Shown: one piece after another, positions 24,688 to 38,134 of the stretch
Layout of the letters: the number at the start of each line of letters is the position of its first letter
How positions within the stretch are numbered: position 1 is the first letter of the stretch
Assembly (NCBI RefSeq): GCF_001194135.2
Contig: NC_068984.1
Coordinates: forward strand, 82,095,949-82,159,948
DNA length: 64,000 nucleotides
Direction of reading: 5' to 3'
Source: Octopus bimaculoides
Taxonomy: Eukaryota
Made by a program: the position numbers and the translations under genes
The notes under the pieces: generated by a model
Databases searched by the model: none
What the model saw: only the letters and a program-made list of their open reading frames with translations
Told to the model about the DNA's origin: nothing

Positions 24688-25410
24688 TATCATCATTTAA
24701 CATCCATTGTCCATGCTGGCATGGGTTGGACGGTTTGACCAGGGCTGGAAGGCTGCACCAGATTCCAGTCTGATTTGGCATGGGTTTTTTACAGCTGGAT
24801 GCCCTTCCTAATGCCAACCACTCTGAGAGTGTAATGGGTGCTTTTATGTGCCACTGGTACGGGTGCCATTTGCGTGAAACCAGTATCCACTACAACTGTG
24901 ATTTTACTGGGCTTGATGGGTCTTAAGCATGACATAATGCCAAAGGTCTCGTTCATTGCCTCCGTAAGGCTCAACACTCAAAAGGAACTCAGCCACTTTG
25001 CCTCCCGGGAGCCCAGTGCTCAAAAGGAACCCAGCCCATTTACCTCTATGAGGCCCAATACTCAAAAGGTGCTCTTTACGTGCCAGTTATGCGACACCAG
25101 CATCAGCCATGACTACAATTTCACTTGGCTTCGCACGTCTTCTCAAGCACAGCATATTGCCAAAGGTCTGTCACTAGCCATTGCCTCTGTGAGGCTCAAA
25201 GTTCCTGGGTCTACCTCTACCACAGGTTCCCTCCACAGTTAGATATTGGCACTTCTTTACACAGCTGTCCTCGTCCATATGCATCACATGACCATACCAG
25301 TGCAGTCGTCTCTCTTGCACACCACATCTGATGCCACTTATGCTTACTTTTCTCTCACCTCCATTACTAACTTGGTCACCTAGATAAGGGAAGCTATCTA
25401 CAACCTCTAG
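24688..25410 (-). mobile_element. Internally deleted family-B LINE 3' fragment in RPE intron 4
   Basis: LEVVDSFPYLGDQVSNGG is fused directly to ...GIRCGVQERRLHWYGHVMHM...GRGRPR, followed by 3' UTR subrepeats and an (ATG)n tail. Confidence 0.85.
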
Positions 25411-25572
25411 CCTTCCCCCTCCCCCCGTTGATGGAGATATATGTATTTCTATGTGTGTAAATGTGTGCATGTATGCACACAAAAATGCTCTTTTGTACAT
25501 GTATGCAAACTTACAAACAGAATTAGTACTTCATTGCTTTTTGTTAAAACCTTTTAATTTCTGTTTGTCTAG

Positions 25573-25695
25573 GCTGGTGCCAACATGATCGTCTCAGGCA
25601 GTGCCATCATCAATAGTGACAATCCACGTCAAACTATTAACTTCTTACGAATGACAGTGGAAGAAGCTATTCAGAAGAGTCAACTAGAACGATAA
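25573..25695 (+). CDS. RPE: RPE exon 5 (AGANMIVSGSAIINSDNPRQTINFLRMTVEEAIQKSQLER-stop)
   Basis: TTTCTGTTTGTCTAG acceptor; AGANMIVSGSAI phosphate-binding motif; TAA at 25693-25695; AATAAA at 25977-25982. The joined CDS encodes 231 aa. Confidence 0.96.
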   Translation, partial: AGANMIVSGSAIINSDNPRQTINFLRMTVEEAIQKSQLER

Positions 25696-26256
25696 AGGAT
25701 ACAACAATCATGCTACTTGAAGTGTTACCATTCCACATGCTTTTAGGACATTGATCATACATCTACCTAACTTGCTACGAGATTTCCCACTAAACTGTCT
25801 TTTCCATTGTGTGTACAACTTTATCATGTCGGTTGTCATGTTAGTGACATTGTTAGCTGTCACCTTCATACATCCTTGATTTTATGTGATTTATTGATGT
25901 CTTGTTTTCCTACAAACATGCTCAAGCTACTGGTTGGTCTATAAATGTTGGTCAATTTGGAGACTGATTTCAGATTAATAAATTCCATTGCTTAGCTTTA
26001 TTGCATTTGCTATTGCTTTTCTTTCTTTCTTTCTTTTCCTTTTTTTTCTACCAGTTTAAGTCATTGGACTACAGTATAGTGAGTTATATGACAACAATAC
26101 TTAGTCTAGTACTCGTATTAGCAAACTGTAGTTTGTGAATAGCTACAATTGACATTAGTTACCTCCCTTGTACAGTCGTAATTATCAGATGGTATTTATA
26201 TGGGTATTCACCATCAGGTAGATGTCCACGTGCACATACACATGCATACCTGTCTG

Positions 26257-26287
<31 letters not shown>

Positions 26288-26934
26288 TGCTTTTAATCAA
26301 TATTATTGGCAGTGACTTCTAAGTTTTAACTTGCTGAGCCATTTGTCGTACTGCCGACGATGACTTAGTTGGCCATAATTTCAAAGTAACTATCAATAAT
26401 TTTGTTTAAGAACAACAAATCTGTACTCTACAAAGTTATAGAAGAACCCATCAGAAAAATTGTAAAATTGTTTTTATTATAATTGAACATAAAAACATTG
26501 ATATATATATATATCTATATCTATACTATATATAAGACAGAGATGTGTGTGTAATCGCTTTTCACGTGAAATCGACTTCACCAAATGCTTCCATACTTGT
26601 GATGCGTGAATGATTTGATCTCGGATAAATCTTAGGCTCTTCATTTGATTTTTTAAATTAAAAATAAATAATATTGCTTTATATTTAAGATTCACTTCTT
26701 TAAAAAGGTTCCTCAATGTCAACTTCTGGTATTGATGTAACAACGGCAAAAACCTTCACTCTATTTTGTGTGTTCGTGTGTATAAGAGAGAGAGAGAGTA
26801 AATACTACATACACACCGCTCTCTCACTCTGTCTCACACACACACCCCTTGACTCACTCACACTCTGTCTCTTACAAACGCACACATACATAAATGTATA
26901 CAAACATATTTACAGACACGTGTGTATGCGCGCG

Positions 26935-27120
26935 CGTGCGTGTGAAAAGTTCCTGGCTTTGGGTAAAAGAAAATACAGGAAGATCAGTTAATTATGATTT
27001 TATTCAACATATTCCCCTCATATTCACACTTATTGCAGCAGTCCTTCATTTTTTCTTAGCCCTGTAAAATAACTTGGAAGGTTGGGCCTCCAACCTGGCC
27101 TTTCGCAATACCCTTAAAGC
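26935..27120. mobile_element. Truncated mariner-type terminal fragment
   Basis: GTGAAAAGTTCCTGGCT resembles the GCTGAAAAGTTCATAGGCT TIR core at 31789; no second end was found. Confidence 0.4.
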
Positions 27121-30100
27121 TATGTGTGTGTGTGTATGTATGTATAGGGAGAGAAAGACAGTGAGACATATACAGACTCCCACACAGTTTCCATTTGCCA
27201 AATTTCTCTGACAAAATATTGGTTTACTTCTGGCTATGATTTTGGACAGTTGCTCGAAGTATAACAAAAGTGAAAAAAGAACCATGCTATGTAGTTATGA
27301 TGCAATCTTCTTAACAATACCGCCATAAACAACAGTAAAATCTTCTTTAAATCACATGCTCACATCTGAAAAAAAAAAATGAATTATCTAATACCTGAAA
27401 AAGTACGGGCTAGATTGATCATAGGTGTATCAGAGCTAATTCTATTTTCTTCTGCACTGGCATGGGTTGGACTGATTTCACAGCACTTTGTGGCCTGCAT
27501 CATCTGGCACACAGCAATAAAGCAATCTGGCTTTGTTGCAGTATATGTATTACTGTGTACATTTTATTGCTTCATTTGTATTAGATAAGTTGTTTATGGC
27601 TACACTAAAGTATTCTTTCTGACCTGTATTAGGTCTTATTTGGAGTTACTGTCCTCCTAGACAGCTCACATGCAATATGGTTTGCAGAGTCCATGTCTTG
27701 TTCATACATTACATTTAAAATAAAAAAAATTAATGAAAATTATTAAAAAAACAAATATTCTAAATGGTTCTATTTCTTAATCTATGTAACAGGTGTCTAG
27801 TTGAATAATAAAAATATACAAAACTTTAGCTTAACAAAGACACAGTTCATTGATGGAGTCATGACTCAGCTAAGAATTGCCACCAATTCAAATATCAAGA
27901 ATTAATTATGGCAGAGGGTGATGTACTGCTGGAAAAAATGCCTTGTATTTTTTCTGACAATTGATGACGACAAATTAGGCAATCACAAGTACCAGTCAAG
28001 GACTGATGTCAATGTAACTGAATATAAACTTGTTTTAGTTAGCTATTACTATTAATGCTATTATTAGTAGTTTCATCATTTTTATAAAACTGACATCATT
28101 AGTATTCAAAACTAAAACTATAAGTGGGAACTAAACATATGTAATGTAATAAACCTCCTACCCCTGAATGTATAGTTAATTAAAATTTCAACTGCATTGA
28201 GGAGAGAAAATCTTTAGCTTTCATGATTAATTCTAGTAAAGAGTAGTGAGCTGGCAGGATGGCTAGACTGTTGGAAAAAAAAAATGCTTACTGGTTTTTT
28301 TTCTGAACCTTTACATTCTGAGTTAAAATCCCATTGATGCCAACTTTTTCCTAGGACTGATTCCAGAGACAGGATGGAGAAGTGAGTCTAAAATGAACAA
28401 GCATTAGGGCTAATGGCAGTACCTTAGCATAGCCACAGCCCTTGGATGGAACTAATAATAGAAAAATAAGAAAGAAAGATTAATTTTCATGTGCTGTGTA
28501 GGTTTTCTTCTTTAATATATGTTGAACATGATTCCTCAGAGCTTATCTGTCATGATCAGAATCAGTGTCAATGAGATCAACGCAGTCACTTGATCTACTA
28601 AAAATAGCAATCAAATTCCCTTAAATTCCACCCTTCTGTCTTAAAACATGAAAGACGTTGGATAATGTAGTCTTAGATATGCAAAAAGACAGAATGGTCA
28701 AAGCTGAAATGCTTTTGATTGTTGGTCCGCTCAATTAGGGCTGACATTTATGAAACAACCATCCAATATTAAATGTGAAACTAACAGTTTTCCACAAAGT
28801 ACTAAGTAAGCTTTGTAATAAAGAGAAGATTTAGTATTTTATGGTTGAGAATCTTTTTTTTTTCCCCCTGTTTTTGTTTTTCTTTTCCTGTTAAGCTAAT
28901 GAAAAAGAACTCTGTAGTCTTAGAAATAGTAAATGAAATACAACACCATAGCTGACCTAGAAGATTACATGTCTGATAAATACGAATATTATTACCAGGG
29001 GTATATATATTCTGGGTTTGCTAGGTAAGAACTGCATACCCGCCAGAGATGGTACAATTTCCGTATAATAATTCTGTCTTTGTACTGTCATGATATAATC
29101 TGCCAGTAATTTGTTTTCAAATCTAAGACACAAAGATTAAATCAGAGTTGAAGTTATTTTATGTATAGAAAGAACCTTAAGCATGACTTTCATACTTTTG
29201 TCAACATTGCACACCCTACAGCTATCTCGGTTACTGTTGTTTAAACTTGTGAATACTTTGACATTTTACTGGGAATGGATTATACTTTTGTTGCATTTGA
29301 TTTCTAGAGGAAAAAAACTAATTTACTCTGTTTAACTGCATTGAGTTCTTTAATATGGTTTGAATTTTACATGTTTTAATGGACAAGCAAACAATAACAT
29401 TATATTACTAAACAATTGTTAATAATTAGAAAAGACTTATATTCTATAAGAACCAAGAAACCTGATTTGACAGGATATGTCTAATCCAAGTAGATTTGCA
29501 TGCTGGACACAGTTAAATACTTTGCTGATGACAAATAATTTAACACCGTTTTCAATAAATTTCTTGAAGGCATACTGGTTGTTGCTGCTCTTTAGACCCA
29601 AGCATGCTCTGATTGAGCAGGCAAACAAACAGAATCATTTTTGTATGTGCAATGAATCAAGGTATCATAATCCAAAGTATCCATTTCTAAGAAGTTGCTG
29701 TGGATTTTGACAGTGTTTTGGCTATTTCTTGTACGTTAAGGAGAAGCTCTCTTTTGGCATAAGGTGCAATGGCTAAGAAATATAACAAAGTAGACTTCCA
29801 AAAGTCCTACTGGTAGTCATTAATGATTGAAAGAATGTTGCATGTTGTCCTGTTTTCTTTTTTTGTTTTTTTTTCTGCATTCTGCGTGGCTGTACGGTTT
29901 AGAAGTTCACTTTACATAGTTCTGGGTGACAGACAGACAGAAAGAAAGAAAGAAAGACCAGACGGGACGGGGCAGTAATGGGAGAGCGTGTTGATAGATT
30001 TATGGCTTTCAAATAGAAAGAAACGGCTTTGCAGACTATGGGTCGTCTAGTTCAAGACAGCTTTAGAGCATCGGCGAATGGAAAACCAAGTTTAGTACTG

Positions 30101-30269
30101 TAACACGCGCACGCATTCTTAATTCCACAGAGACGTACACACGTGTGCGCGCACACACACTGGCCCGAACATAAACAAACTCGCGTGCGCAACAGCCTCT
30201 CGAAAACCACGGATACACGTACATAATCAACCACTAAAAAATCACGATGGTATAGTCAGCAAATGATAC

Positions 30270-30480
30270 TCCTTTCTACTATAGGCACAAGGTCTGAAAT
30301 TTGAGGGGAGGGCACTAGTCGATTACATCAACCATCAGGGTTCGACTGGTACTTATTTCATCGACGTCGAAAGAATGGAAGGTCGACCTCAGCTGAATTT
30401 GAATTCAGAACGTAAAGCTGGAAGAAATGTCACTAAGCATTTTGTCCGGCATGCTAACAATTCTGCCAGCTCGCTGCCTT
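30270..30480 (-). mobile_element. SINE family C (a second, partial copy lies at 30893-31015)
   Basis: Matches the 16260-16472 and 55201-55410 copies. Confidence 0.85.
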
Positions 30481-31779
30481 GAAGATATCGATGTTATCGA
30501 CTAGCACCTTAACCTCAACATTTCTGACTTCATTCGCAAAATGAGCCCCCTTTAATTCTGCTCAGATTGCTTTCAGTTTTGGTGTATCACTGCAACTTTG
30601 AATTTTGATTACGAAAATTTCTGTCTCGCTATTGGCTAAAAATACAAAGTTTTTCCGATCTTTAAACCTCTGTAACTCTTTCCTCCAATTTTTTCTCCGT
30701 ATCATACCTTCATAGCAATGAGACTGGAAGACTACATTATTATAGCCAATTTACGGATTTTTTTACTTCCTTTTAAAAAAATGCATATTTTGCAAATGAA
30801 AATAAACTAGATCCAAAATTGAAAGCAATCTGAGCAAAATTAAAAGGGGCTCATTTTGCGAATGAAAAAGACTAGATCCGATCATTTTTTCTAAATTTTG
30901 GCACAAGGTCAGAAATTTTTAGGGTAAGGTGCTAGTCGATAACATCGATCCCAGTGCTCAACTGGTATTTATTTTATCGACCCTGAGAGGATGAGATCTC
31001 AGCAGCATTTGAACCCCGTAAAGATTACAGCCACGGTGACAAATCGCCCGTAGAGTGTACACGTAGTAGGTAGATAAATAAGGCAGGTACTGCAAATGAA
31101 GACAAAATTTCGGCCGTTTGATGTTTAAGATTCATAATACGTGTTAATTGTATAATAATAATGGTAGGGCGAATCAAAGTTCATCGAGTCACTGGTAGGC
31201 AAAGCGAGTAAGACACGTTCTAGTGCAAGGGTCGAAGAACCTTTTAAACCAACTACCCACAAATATATTTATTTATGCCGATGTTACCCTGTTGATTTGA
31301 AAGGAAGAAAATCAAAGATTCTTTGAATTCAAAGGGTTTATTGAATCTATTTATACGGAGAATACAATTATAAGTATAAAAAGTATAAAGCAAATGCGAT
31401 AAAATAATTTGATATCCTCATTATGAAATAAAAGGAAAAAATGATGTTTCATTTTTGTTACAACTACATCAGAATTGGGGCATTTTGATGCCAGAACGAC
31501 TTCAATATAGTCTTCGGGCCCAATTGATTACTTTTCTTTGTTTTTATGTTCATTAGAGTGGAGAATCTTTGTTTACAAAGATAGGTTGTTGCAAAAGGCA
31601 ACCACTTTGAAAGAGACTAGATCCACTTTTGACGAAAAAAATCAAATAATATTTTATCCCTTGCAATAGAAATGAACGATCAATAAACCAAAAATTAGCA
31701 ATAATATATTTCTATAAATAGATATTCATCTATATAAGTAAGTAAATATATATTTAATTTCTTAAAAAAAAAATATATA

Positions 31780-32996
31780 CGAAGGTGGGCTGAAAAGTTC
31801 ATAGGCTGACTCTGACGGAGTGATACTTGAGTTGTGAAATTTTGCATGCATCAATTTCTACTCTTCTTCTTAATAACTGATTGCATTGTTTCTTTCCAGG
31901 TAAACTGAGATCTGACTGTTCAAAGAAGATTTCAGAAGTAACTAGTAGCAACTTCTCTTGAAAATGGAGAAAATTTGGCATCGTGGCGTTATGAAATACA
32001 TGCAGAAAAAGGGTTTAGCCTCTAAGGATATTCATGCTGACATGGTTGGCTACATTAGAGGATGATGTTCCAGTTTTATCAACTGTGCAAAAGTAGGCAG
32101 CTGAATTTAGGTGAAGAGAGAGTCTTGGAGATGACTCGATATTTGGGCGTCCTGCAACTTCCACCACCGTGGAAAACATTGATCGTGTTCACCACATAGT
32201 GATGGATGACTGGCGATTGACTATAAATCAAATAGCCAATGTTACTAGCATATCATGACGAAGTTTCCTACTCGGTGGATACCACGCCTTCTGACACCAG
32301 ATCAAAAGCGCACCAGCTGATCACATCACGGGAAAGTCTGTCATTGTTTGAGGCAGATCCATCTGGTTTCCTTGAACATTTCCTAAGCGAGGATAAGTGT
32401 TTGGTTCATCACTTTGAGCCAGAGACAAAGAGACAATCAGTGCTCCAAAAAAGGCCAAGGTAGTTTCATCTGCAAGGAAGCAGATGGCCTCAGTTTTTTG
32501 GAATGCAAAAGACATTGTGTTTATTGACTATCTTCAAAAGGGGTACACCATCAATGTGCTTGCTGAGACAGTTAGGAAAAACTATCAAGACCAAACGCCC
32601 AAGAAAACTAATAAAAGGAGTCTTGTTTCATCAGGACAATGCTCCAGCACACAAGTCATGGGTTTCAATGGCTGCTGTGTATGACTGTGGCTTTGAACAG
32701 GTTGATCACACTCCCTATTTTCCTGATTTGGCCCTATCTGATTATCATCTGTTCCCCAACATGAAAAAGCACTTGGCTTAGAACCAGTATCACAGTGATG
32801 ATGATGTCATATCTGCTGTTGATGACTCTTTTTACCAACAGGATGAAAGTTTCTTCACCAATGGGATCCAAGCCCTGCAGCACCGCTGTAAGAAATGTGT
32901 GGGCTTCAAGGAGAACTGTGTTGAAAAATAAACCTCATCCGATCACATTCCATGAGAGTATCTTGGTCAGCCAATGAACTTTCCAGCCGACCCATG
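31780..32996 (+). mobile_element. Full-length but inactivated mariner transposon (DD34D type)
   Basis: Imperfect TIRs of about 30 bp (CGAAGGTGGGCTGAAAAGTTCATAGGCTGAC / GTCAGCCAATGAACTTTCCAGCCGACCCATG) with TA at both ends. Frameshifted transposase from ATG 31964: EDKCLVHHFEPETKRQS, MASVFWNAKDIVFIDYLQKG, FHQDNAPAH, HTPYFPDLALSDYHLFPNMK. Confidence 0.92.
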
Positions 32997-33850
32997 TATT
33001 TGTTTCTATAAATTAAAGTGCTTGCCTGAAAGTGGGTTTGAATTATAAATATATGTTTACTGCTATTTGTGCTATATACGATCCTCATTATGACTGGGAT
33101 GTGGTTTGAGTTCTTGTGTGTGTGTGTGTGGCTTTCCAAATGAGTGGTGCTTATTGTTCAACTCTAGTGTAATATCTAAATTATTTTTAGGTCGGTGCTA
33201 GGATTTCTTAAATAGTCTTGTTCGGATTTTAAAAAATCTATCCATAGTGTTGCTGTCCATGTTGTAAGAAATTGCCTGACTGTCATCTTTATACCGTCCG
33301 AAACTATCAGAGTGGTTCACTTGTTAGGGGAAGAAGATACCACCACCACCATCACAAGAGAAAACACTTCTAATTCGTCGTAGATCCTTTCAGAAATGTT
33401 CGATAAGGAACCACTCTCTTTTTTTACCTTGGAAGAATTTTCATGATAGAAGAGTGACTTTTGGTATTTCAAGCGAAGATATTAAGATATAGATGGATAG
33501 AAATCTTCAATGTTGAAACTGAGTAAACCTGCGGAGTGGTGTGTTTTCTCTACTGTTAAACAACTTGTAGGCACATTACCCCATTTGGCAGCAGGTAAAC
33601 AAGCTGGCTATACAGAGATATACTTATGCTGCTAGAGATACTGCATTCACATTTTCTCTCTTCTGTATCATTGTACATATATGCTTTGTTGTATTTAATT
33701 GCACACCTTTCTTTACTGAACATTTTTTTTCTTGTATTTTTTCAATTGTTCATACAATTGTTTTTGCCATGGTTCATTCTTCTGGGTCCTCCTAGCACAC
33801 TCCGCATACACTACTATTAATCGACCATTTCCGATCTAAGAGGGGACTTC

Positions 33851-34145
33851 TGTAGGCGCATTACACACTCGATAGCGGGTAAACAAGCTGGCTATACAGA
33901 GATAGAGGGCGTTACACAACATTAAGGTCAAACACGTGACCTCATCTCTTCCTCTTTGGGACCTTGAACTGTGAAGTTGTGATCTAGTCTCTCTCTCAAA
34001 ACACACCAGTTAGCAGAAAGGAGAATAGTACAGAAGACTATGGCCTTTCTATTTATCATTCCATTGTGCATATGAGTGTAGCCACAATAAACGTGTTCAA
34101 GTTATAACCTTGCTTGTATATGTTTTTCATCCCGGTTTACTACCA
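33851..34145 (+). mobile_element. Possible solo LTR
   Basis: TGTAGG...TACTACCA ends with AATAAA at about 34087, and a partial direct copy of the 5' end at about 33567-33622. No TSD found. Confidence 0.35.
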
Positions 34146-34744
34146 GCGAGATTGCAGCCTTCTGAGAGTCATATTAGGTGGCTCAATAACGACCTGCACC
34201 ATCTAAAAACTTAACGTAATGTTTCTAATCTTAAGGCTAATCACGTCGAATGCTGATTAAATCTGATTCGTTTATTAATCTCCATCTGAGGTTGGAAGGG
34301 GAACTCACATTAAAGGTAATATTAGAATGGCACATTACAAACGTTCACGTGGTCTTCTGCTTTTCGTTGTGAGATTATGTCTTTTCTTTTGTAGTGAGAA
34401 CTAAGATTTGAACACTATTCCCTAAGTTATCAGACCAGTGCCATGAATGGACCGTGCAATTATCACGAGTGTGTTCTATTTATCGTCTAATCGACTTGCA
34501 AGAGATCACACCACAAAGTCAGAACAAAAGTGAATGTCCTTGAGATCAGCACTCTTTTCTCTAGCCATAAGCAGTTCGAGACCACCAGAGGAAAAAAAAA
34601 AAACATTTTCCTCTCTCGCCACAAGCAAGCAAGCATCTTCGCTGAAGTTGAGAGCAGCCAGAGGCACATATCTCACCTCTTGCCACATGCAAGTCAGAGC
34701 AGAGCTTTTTTCTTCAAATTATGTGTGTGTGTATGTCTTTTGTC

Positions 34745-35120
34745 TGTTTGTGCCCCCATCACTGCTTGACAACTGATGTTGGTGTGCTTACATCCCTTAA
34801 CGTAGCGGTTCGGCAAAGGAGACCGATAGAATAAGTACTGGGATATTAAAAAAAAGAGTCTTGGGGTCGATTAGCTCCTCTTAAAACCCTTCAAGGTAGT
34901 GCCCTAGCATGGCCGCAGTCATATGACTGAAACAAGTAAAGGATAAAAGATTATATATATCATCATCATCATCATCGTTTAACGTCCTCCTTCCATACTG
35001 GTATGGGTTGGACGGTTTGACAGAAGATGATCAAGCAGAAGCCTGCTTCATACTTCTGTGTCTGTTTTGGCAAGGCTTTTATGGCTGGATGCCCTTCTTA
35101 ACACCAACTACCGCGCAGAG
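34745..35120. mobile_element. 3' half of SINE A (+) abutting a family-B LINE tail (-)
   Basis: Direct sequence identity with the 6250-6443 and 36005-36160 segments. Confidence 0.75.
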
Positions 35121-35559
35121 GGCCCCTCCAATGGATCCTTCTATCTACTACATATGACTAACATTATTTAAACAACCCAAGGGAAATAACCCATACCACC
35201 TGCAGTTTTTAGCGAAGCGATCAATATTTGATTCTCACGATCAGCCGACCTAATTCTGCATTTCACTACTCACAGTTTTGAACTGCTAAACATTATTATT
35301 GCACTTCCTTGATTTTAATCTTAAACCTTAAAGACTTCATTCATACATTTCTATACATACATACTTTTTTGAATGCCCATTGCTCCGATAATTCTGCATT
35401 TTCACAGTTACACTTTTTCCATGACAGTGGATAAATTTTTTTATTCCACAACGTATTTGTAGTGACTTCATGCAGCCATAGCGTGGATTCGATCCTCGAT
35501 TGCCAAATTTCACTTAACACTTCAACAGCACTTTTTTCACTGTAGAATAGTTTTTCTGT

Positions 35560-35790
35560 GAATGACAGCAGTTATACATTTCCCAGATGCCTTGGTTAAG
35601 CAGAATAATGTCTTTGCCACTTGACCCTTCTAACCTCCTCTAGGCCACCCGGGGCTGGAATGGGGATAACAGACCTCCAGCGAAATCATTTGTTCTCAAC
35701 AGTATGTCTATCCTTCTGGCTGCTTTTCGATAGTTATAAGAACAAGAACTCTGTGAGCTAAAGGCAGCTACTGAGAGTGACCATCAGTGA
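35560..35790 (+). repeat. Unclassified dispersed repeat; second copy at about 55700-55900
   Basis: TGACAGCAGTT.TACATTTTCCAGATGCCTT...CCCTTCTAACCTC...TTGTTCTCAAC...GATAGTTATAA.AACAAGAAC is shared by both loci. Confidence 0.6.
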
Positions 35791-36004
35791 GTGTGAACGT
35801 TATTATTGCACTTTATTCAAACACTTCATTCATATATTTATATACATACAATCTTTCCCTCCTACAGCTGACAGTTTTTTGTACTTTTTCGTGACGGAAA
35901 ATACACCTTTTGTGACAGTTATAACGAAATTGCTTTCTTATATCAGAGTAATAAGGCGTTTCAATAGAATTTATCCCCAGGAATTACCGGGTACACCAGC
36001 TAGT

Positions 36005-36306
36005 ATCATCATCATCATCATCATTTAACGTCCGCTTTCCATGCTAGCATGGGTTGGACGACTTGACTGGGGACTGGCGAACCAGATGGCTACACCAGAC
36101 TCCAATCTGATCTGGCAGAGTTTCTACAGCTGGATGCTCTTCCTAACGCTAACCACTCCGAGAGTGTAGTGGGTGCTTTTTACGAGCCACCGGCACGAGG
36201 TTCAGTCCGGTGGTACAGGCAACGGCCACACTCAAATGGTGCTTTTTACGTGCCACCGGCACGGGAGCCAGACCGCTGCTCTGGCAGTGATCCCGCTCGG
36301 ATGGTG
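36005..36306 (-). mobile_element. Family-B LINE 3' end, running into a gap
   Basis: (CAT)n-TTTAACGTCCGCTTTCCATGCTAGCATGGGTTGG terminus plus subrepeats. Confidence 0.85.
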
Positions 36307-36776
36307 NNNNNNNNNNNNNNNNNNNNNNNNNNNNNNNNNNNNNNNNNNNNNNNNNNNNNNNNNNNNNNNNNNNNNNNNNNNNNNNNNNNNNNNNNNNNNN
36401 NNNNNNNNNNNNNNNNNNNNNNNNNNNNNNNNNNNNNNNNNNNNNNNNNNNNNNNNNNNNNNNNNNNNNNNNNNNNNNNNNNNNNNNNNNNNNNNNNNNN
36501 NNNNNNNNNNNNNNNNNNNNNNNNNNNNNNNNNNNNNNNNNNNNNNNNNNNNNNNNNNNNNNNNNNNNNNNNNNNNNNNNNNNNNNNNNNNNNNNNNNNN
36601 NNNNNNNNNNNNNNNNNNNNNNNNNNNNNNNNNNNNNNNNNNNNNNNNNNNNNNNNNNNNNNNNNNNNNNNNNNNNNNNNNNNNNNNNNNNNNNNNNNNN
36701 NNNNNNNNNNNNNNNNNNNNNNNNNNNNNNNNNNNNNNNNNNNNNNNNNNNNNNNNNNNNNNNNNNNNNNNNNNNN

Positions 36777-36812
<36 letters not shown>

Positions 36813-38134
36813 GAGATAAATAGATAGATAGAAGCGCGCGCATACACATACGCACACACAAATTTACAAATACATAGGGGTGGATATAAGCTGGTGTGTT
36901 CATGGATAAAGATTGAAGTTTTTTAATTGAGAATGTAAAACAATATAAGAACATATGTAAGCTACAGGTTCGGTTCGCTATTGTTTCCCTTAACTTCGTG
37001 TAACAATTACGATTTCTAACGCAAACACAAGGCCAATGGAAAATACAAAATGCAGATTATATCTAAGTACTTAACTGGCACTTATTTAATCGATCTCAGG
37101 AGAAAGAATGGCAAAGTTTACTTCTTTCATCGCACAGTCAGATTTGATCTCAGCACCTAAACGGATGTAACAATATACCGTAGGGTATTTTATCTGGCGC
37201 TGTAGCGATTCTGTCTTCAAAAAGTAAGCGCATAAAAAATAACAACAGTAACAACTACTACTACAATTACAGTACGAGTGGAACAAAGTAGCGAGTGTCT
37301 CCGAGAAAGTTTAGCGTCGGGTTTTCCCACGCAACCAGCTAAACTAGAGGGCGGTGTAACTGTTAGTAGGATATCTTGAACTGCATGACTGACTGGCTGG
37401 CTGGCTTAGTTAACCCTTCGGTTCCAAATCTTATAGTAATAATGTTCCACTTGACACAGGCATGCACGCAAGAATACTTATACACAGATAAATGTAATGT
37501 ATATGCGAAAGAGCGTGTCACCTTTGTGTGTGTGTGTGCGTGTGTGTGTGTGTTTGTGCGTGTGTGTGTGTGTGTGTTTGTGCGTGTATGTATGAGTGTG
37601 TGTGCATGCGCGCGCATGTCTATGTGTAATGTGTGTGTGTATGTGTGTTTACATACATGCGCATTCGCATATATGTATATACACTTACATACACACATGT
37701 GTATGTTTGTGTGCATGTTACGCACACACAATGCTCCCTCGCATAGATATTAGAAAAGCATAAATTTCACACAGTTCATATTTTAATTATGCTCAACGAT
37801 GTTTCGTTGTATCTTCTGTGTAAATTTAAAAACTGTTTTCATACAAATCATCCAGATATTATGTTATGTTAATCAGAAAACCATAACTCGGTGATTTGGA
37901 TAAACACAGTTTTTAAACTAATTTAATTTAAATTTATTAATTATATATCATAATTATGTAATTATGTGATTATTCACTCAATGACGTTTATCTTAATGAG
38001 ACAACTGCTTAGCACTAATAAAAATGAAATAAAAAGAGCTATATGTGAAATTTATGCCTTTCTGCTTTTATGCTAAATAAACTGAATAATGTTAGAGATA
38101 TGTTACTCTTAAAGATCGTTTTAGCCGATATACA

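Noticed and set aside
29437-29710. Overlapping ORFs on both strands in unique sequence
   Set aside because: Short, with no recognisable motif and no convincing splice partners.
34380-34720. Distal promoter or leader exon of the GPCR
   Set aside because: Unique-looking and relatively GC-rich, but there is no defined TSS, signal-peptide ORF or donor that can be tied to 58448.
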